From an uncultured Verrucomicrobiae bacterium (GTDB lineage: Bacteria; Verrucomicrobiota; Verrucomicrobiia; Chthoniobacterales; Terrimicrobiaceae), in assembly GCA_963706955.1 (NCBI GenBank), contig CAVPOC010000007.1, positions 1-64,000 of the forward strand: a stretch of 64,000 nucleotides of DNA. The letters are read 5' to 3'. Of this stretch, positions 63,188-64,000 are shown in pieces. The position numbers and the translations under genes were made by a program. Every line of letters begins with the position of its first letter. The stretch's first letter is position 1. The notes under the pieces were generated by a model. It ran no database searches. It worked only from the letters and a program-made list of their open reading frames with translations, and had not been told where the DNA came from.

Positions 63188-64000
63188 TCAGCGGACCTCT
63201 TGCGGCAGGAGCGGCTGAAGCTTCTTGATGTCTTGGGCTGCGTCGCGATGACAGACCAGCACGGCGTCGGGCGTCTCGATGACGATCAGGTTTTCGACAC
63301 CGCAAAGGGCGATCAACCTGCCGTTGCTCAGCGCGATGTTATTCCGCGACCCCTGCTCGATGACGCCGCCGCGCACCGTATTTCCCGCTTCATCGCGTCC
63401 CAAGTGATCGGGAAGAGCGGTCCAAGAGCCGACATCGTCCCAATCGAAGGCCGCTTTAAAAGCGAGCACTTCGGAGGCTTTTTCCATGATCGCGTAGTCG
63501 ACGGAAATCTTAGGCAACTTGGCAAAGCGTTCCGCTAGATATTTGGTCGCGTCGCCCTGTGGGAAGTCGCGGATAAATTCGGCCAACGGAGGAGTAAGTC
63601 TCTCCGCTTCGCGCAGGAAGATCTCAGCTCGCCAAATAAACATTCCGGCGTTCCAAGCATATTCGCCGCTCCGATAGTACTTCTCGGCGGAAGCGAGATC
63701 CGGTTTCTCAACAAACCGAATCACTTTGTGAACCGAGTCGCTTCCCTCCCCAAGCTGGAGATATCCGAAGCCGGTCGAAGGATACGTCGGGGGGATGGCG
63801 AAGGTGATCAAGGCATCTCGCTTCGCCGCCACCTCGGCCGCAGCGGTCAGTTGTTTTTGAAAGACGGGAGTGTTGTGAATGACGGCGTCGGCTGGAAGCA
63901 GAGTGCAAATCGCGTCCTTATCGCGCGCACGGGCAAAGCCAACCGCCAGCGCGCAGGCCGGTGCGGTGTCGCGCTTCTCTGGCTCTGCGACAATGTTCTC
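63188..64000 (-). CDS. manC: Mannose-1-phosphate guanylyltransferase (5' part outside the window)
   Basis: EPEKRDTAPA, LPADA, TGFGY, FVEKP, WNAGMF, SVDYAIMEK, WDDVGSW. Confidence 0.9.
   Translation of the reverse strand, partial: ENIVAEPEKRDTAPACALAVGFARARDKDAICTLLPADAVIHNTPVFQKQLTAAAEVAAKRDALITFAIPPTYPSTGFGYLQLGEGSDSVHKVIRFVEKPDLASAEKYYRSGEYAWNAGMFIWRAEIFLREAERLTPPLAEFIRDFPQGDATKYLAERFAKLPKISVDYAIMEKASEVLAFKAAFDWDDVGSWTALPDHLGRDEAGNTVRGGVIEQGSRNNIALSNGRLIALCGVENLIVIETPDAVLVCHRDAAQDIKKLQPLLPQEVR

Noticed and set aside
1..64000. CRISPR array, rRNA, transposase or reverse transcriptase
   Set aside because: No regularly spaced direct repeats, rRNA-like sequence, or DDE/HUH/YxDD motifs seen. 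A retroelement explanation for the hammerhead cassette would need an RT acting in trans.

Overview
GC-rich bacterial window. The gene families look like soil Verrucomicrobiota (Chthoniobacterales-like); this is inference. A tRNA-Gln(CTG) gene at 25938-26011 (-) splits it in two. Left (1-25.9 kb): an accessory island beyond the tRNA 3' end. It holds a satellite/PICI-like replication module (hypothetical, AlpA/Xis-like HTH, BT4734/VirE-N primase + D5/SF3 helicase, stand-alone primase C-terminal helical domain, palindromic ori-like element), a second inverted copy of that palindrome 10 kb away, and many gene fragments and cargo genes. The most striking feature is a 153-aa unknown ORF (18994-19455, -) bracketed by two canonical type II hammerhead ribozymes (19483-19535 and 18934-18993). 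Double cleavage would release a 550-nt mRNA whose ends can re-form a hybrid hammerhead, suggesting ribozyme-processed and possibly self-circularising mRNA. Right (26-64 kb): carbohydrate/cyclitol catabolism genes (8 Gfo/Idh/MocA dehydrogenases, iolE-like and other TIM-barrel isomerases, split transketolase, tandem gabD, DeoR regulator, sugar ABC transporter, FGGY kinase, eda), with GTAG-type REP-like palindromes, ending in a partial manC. Many genes carry single-base frameshifts, probably in part long-read assembly errors. All calls come from reading the sequence by eye; no database searches were run.
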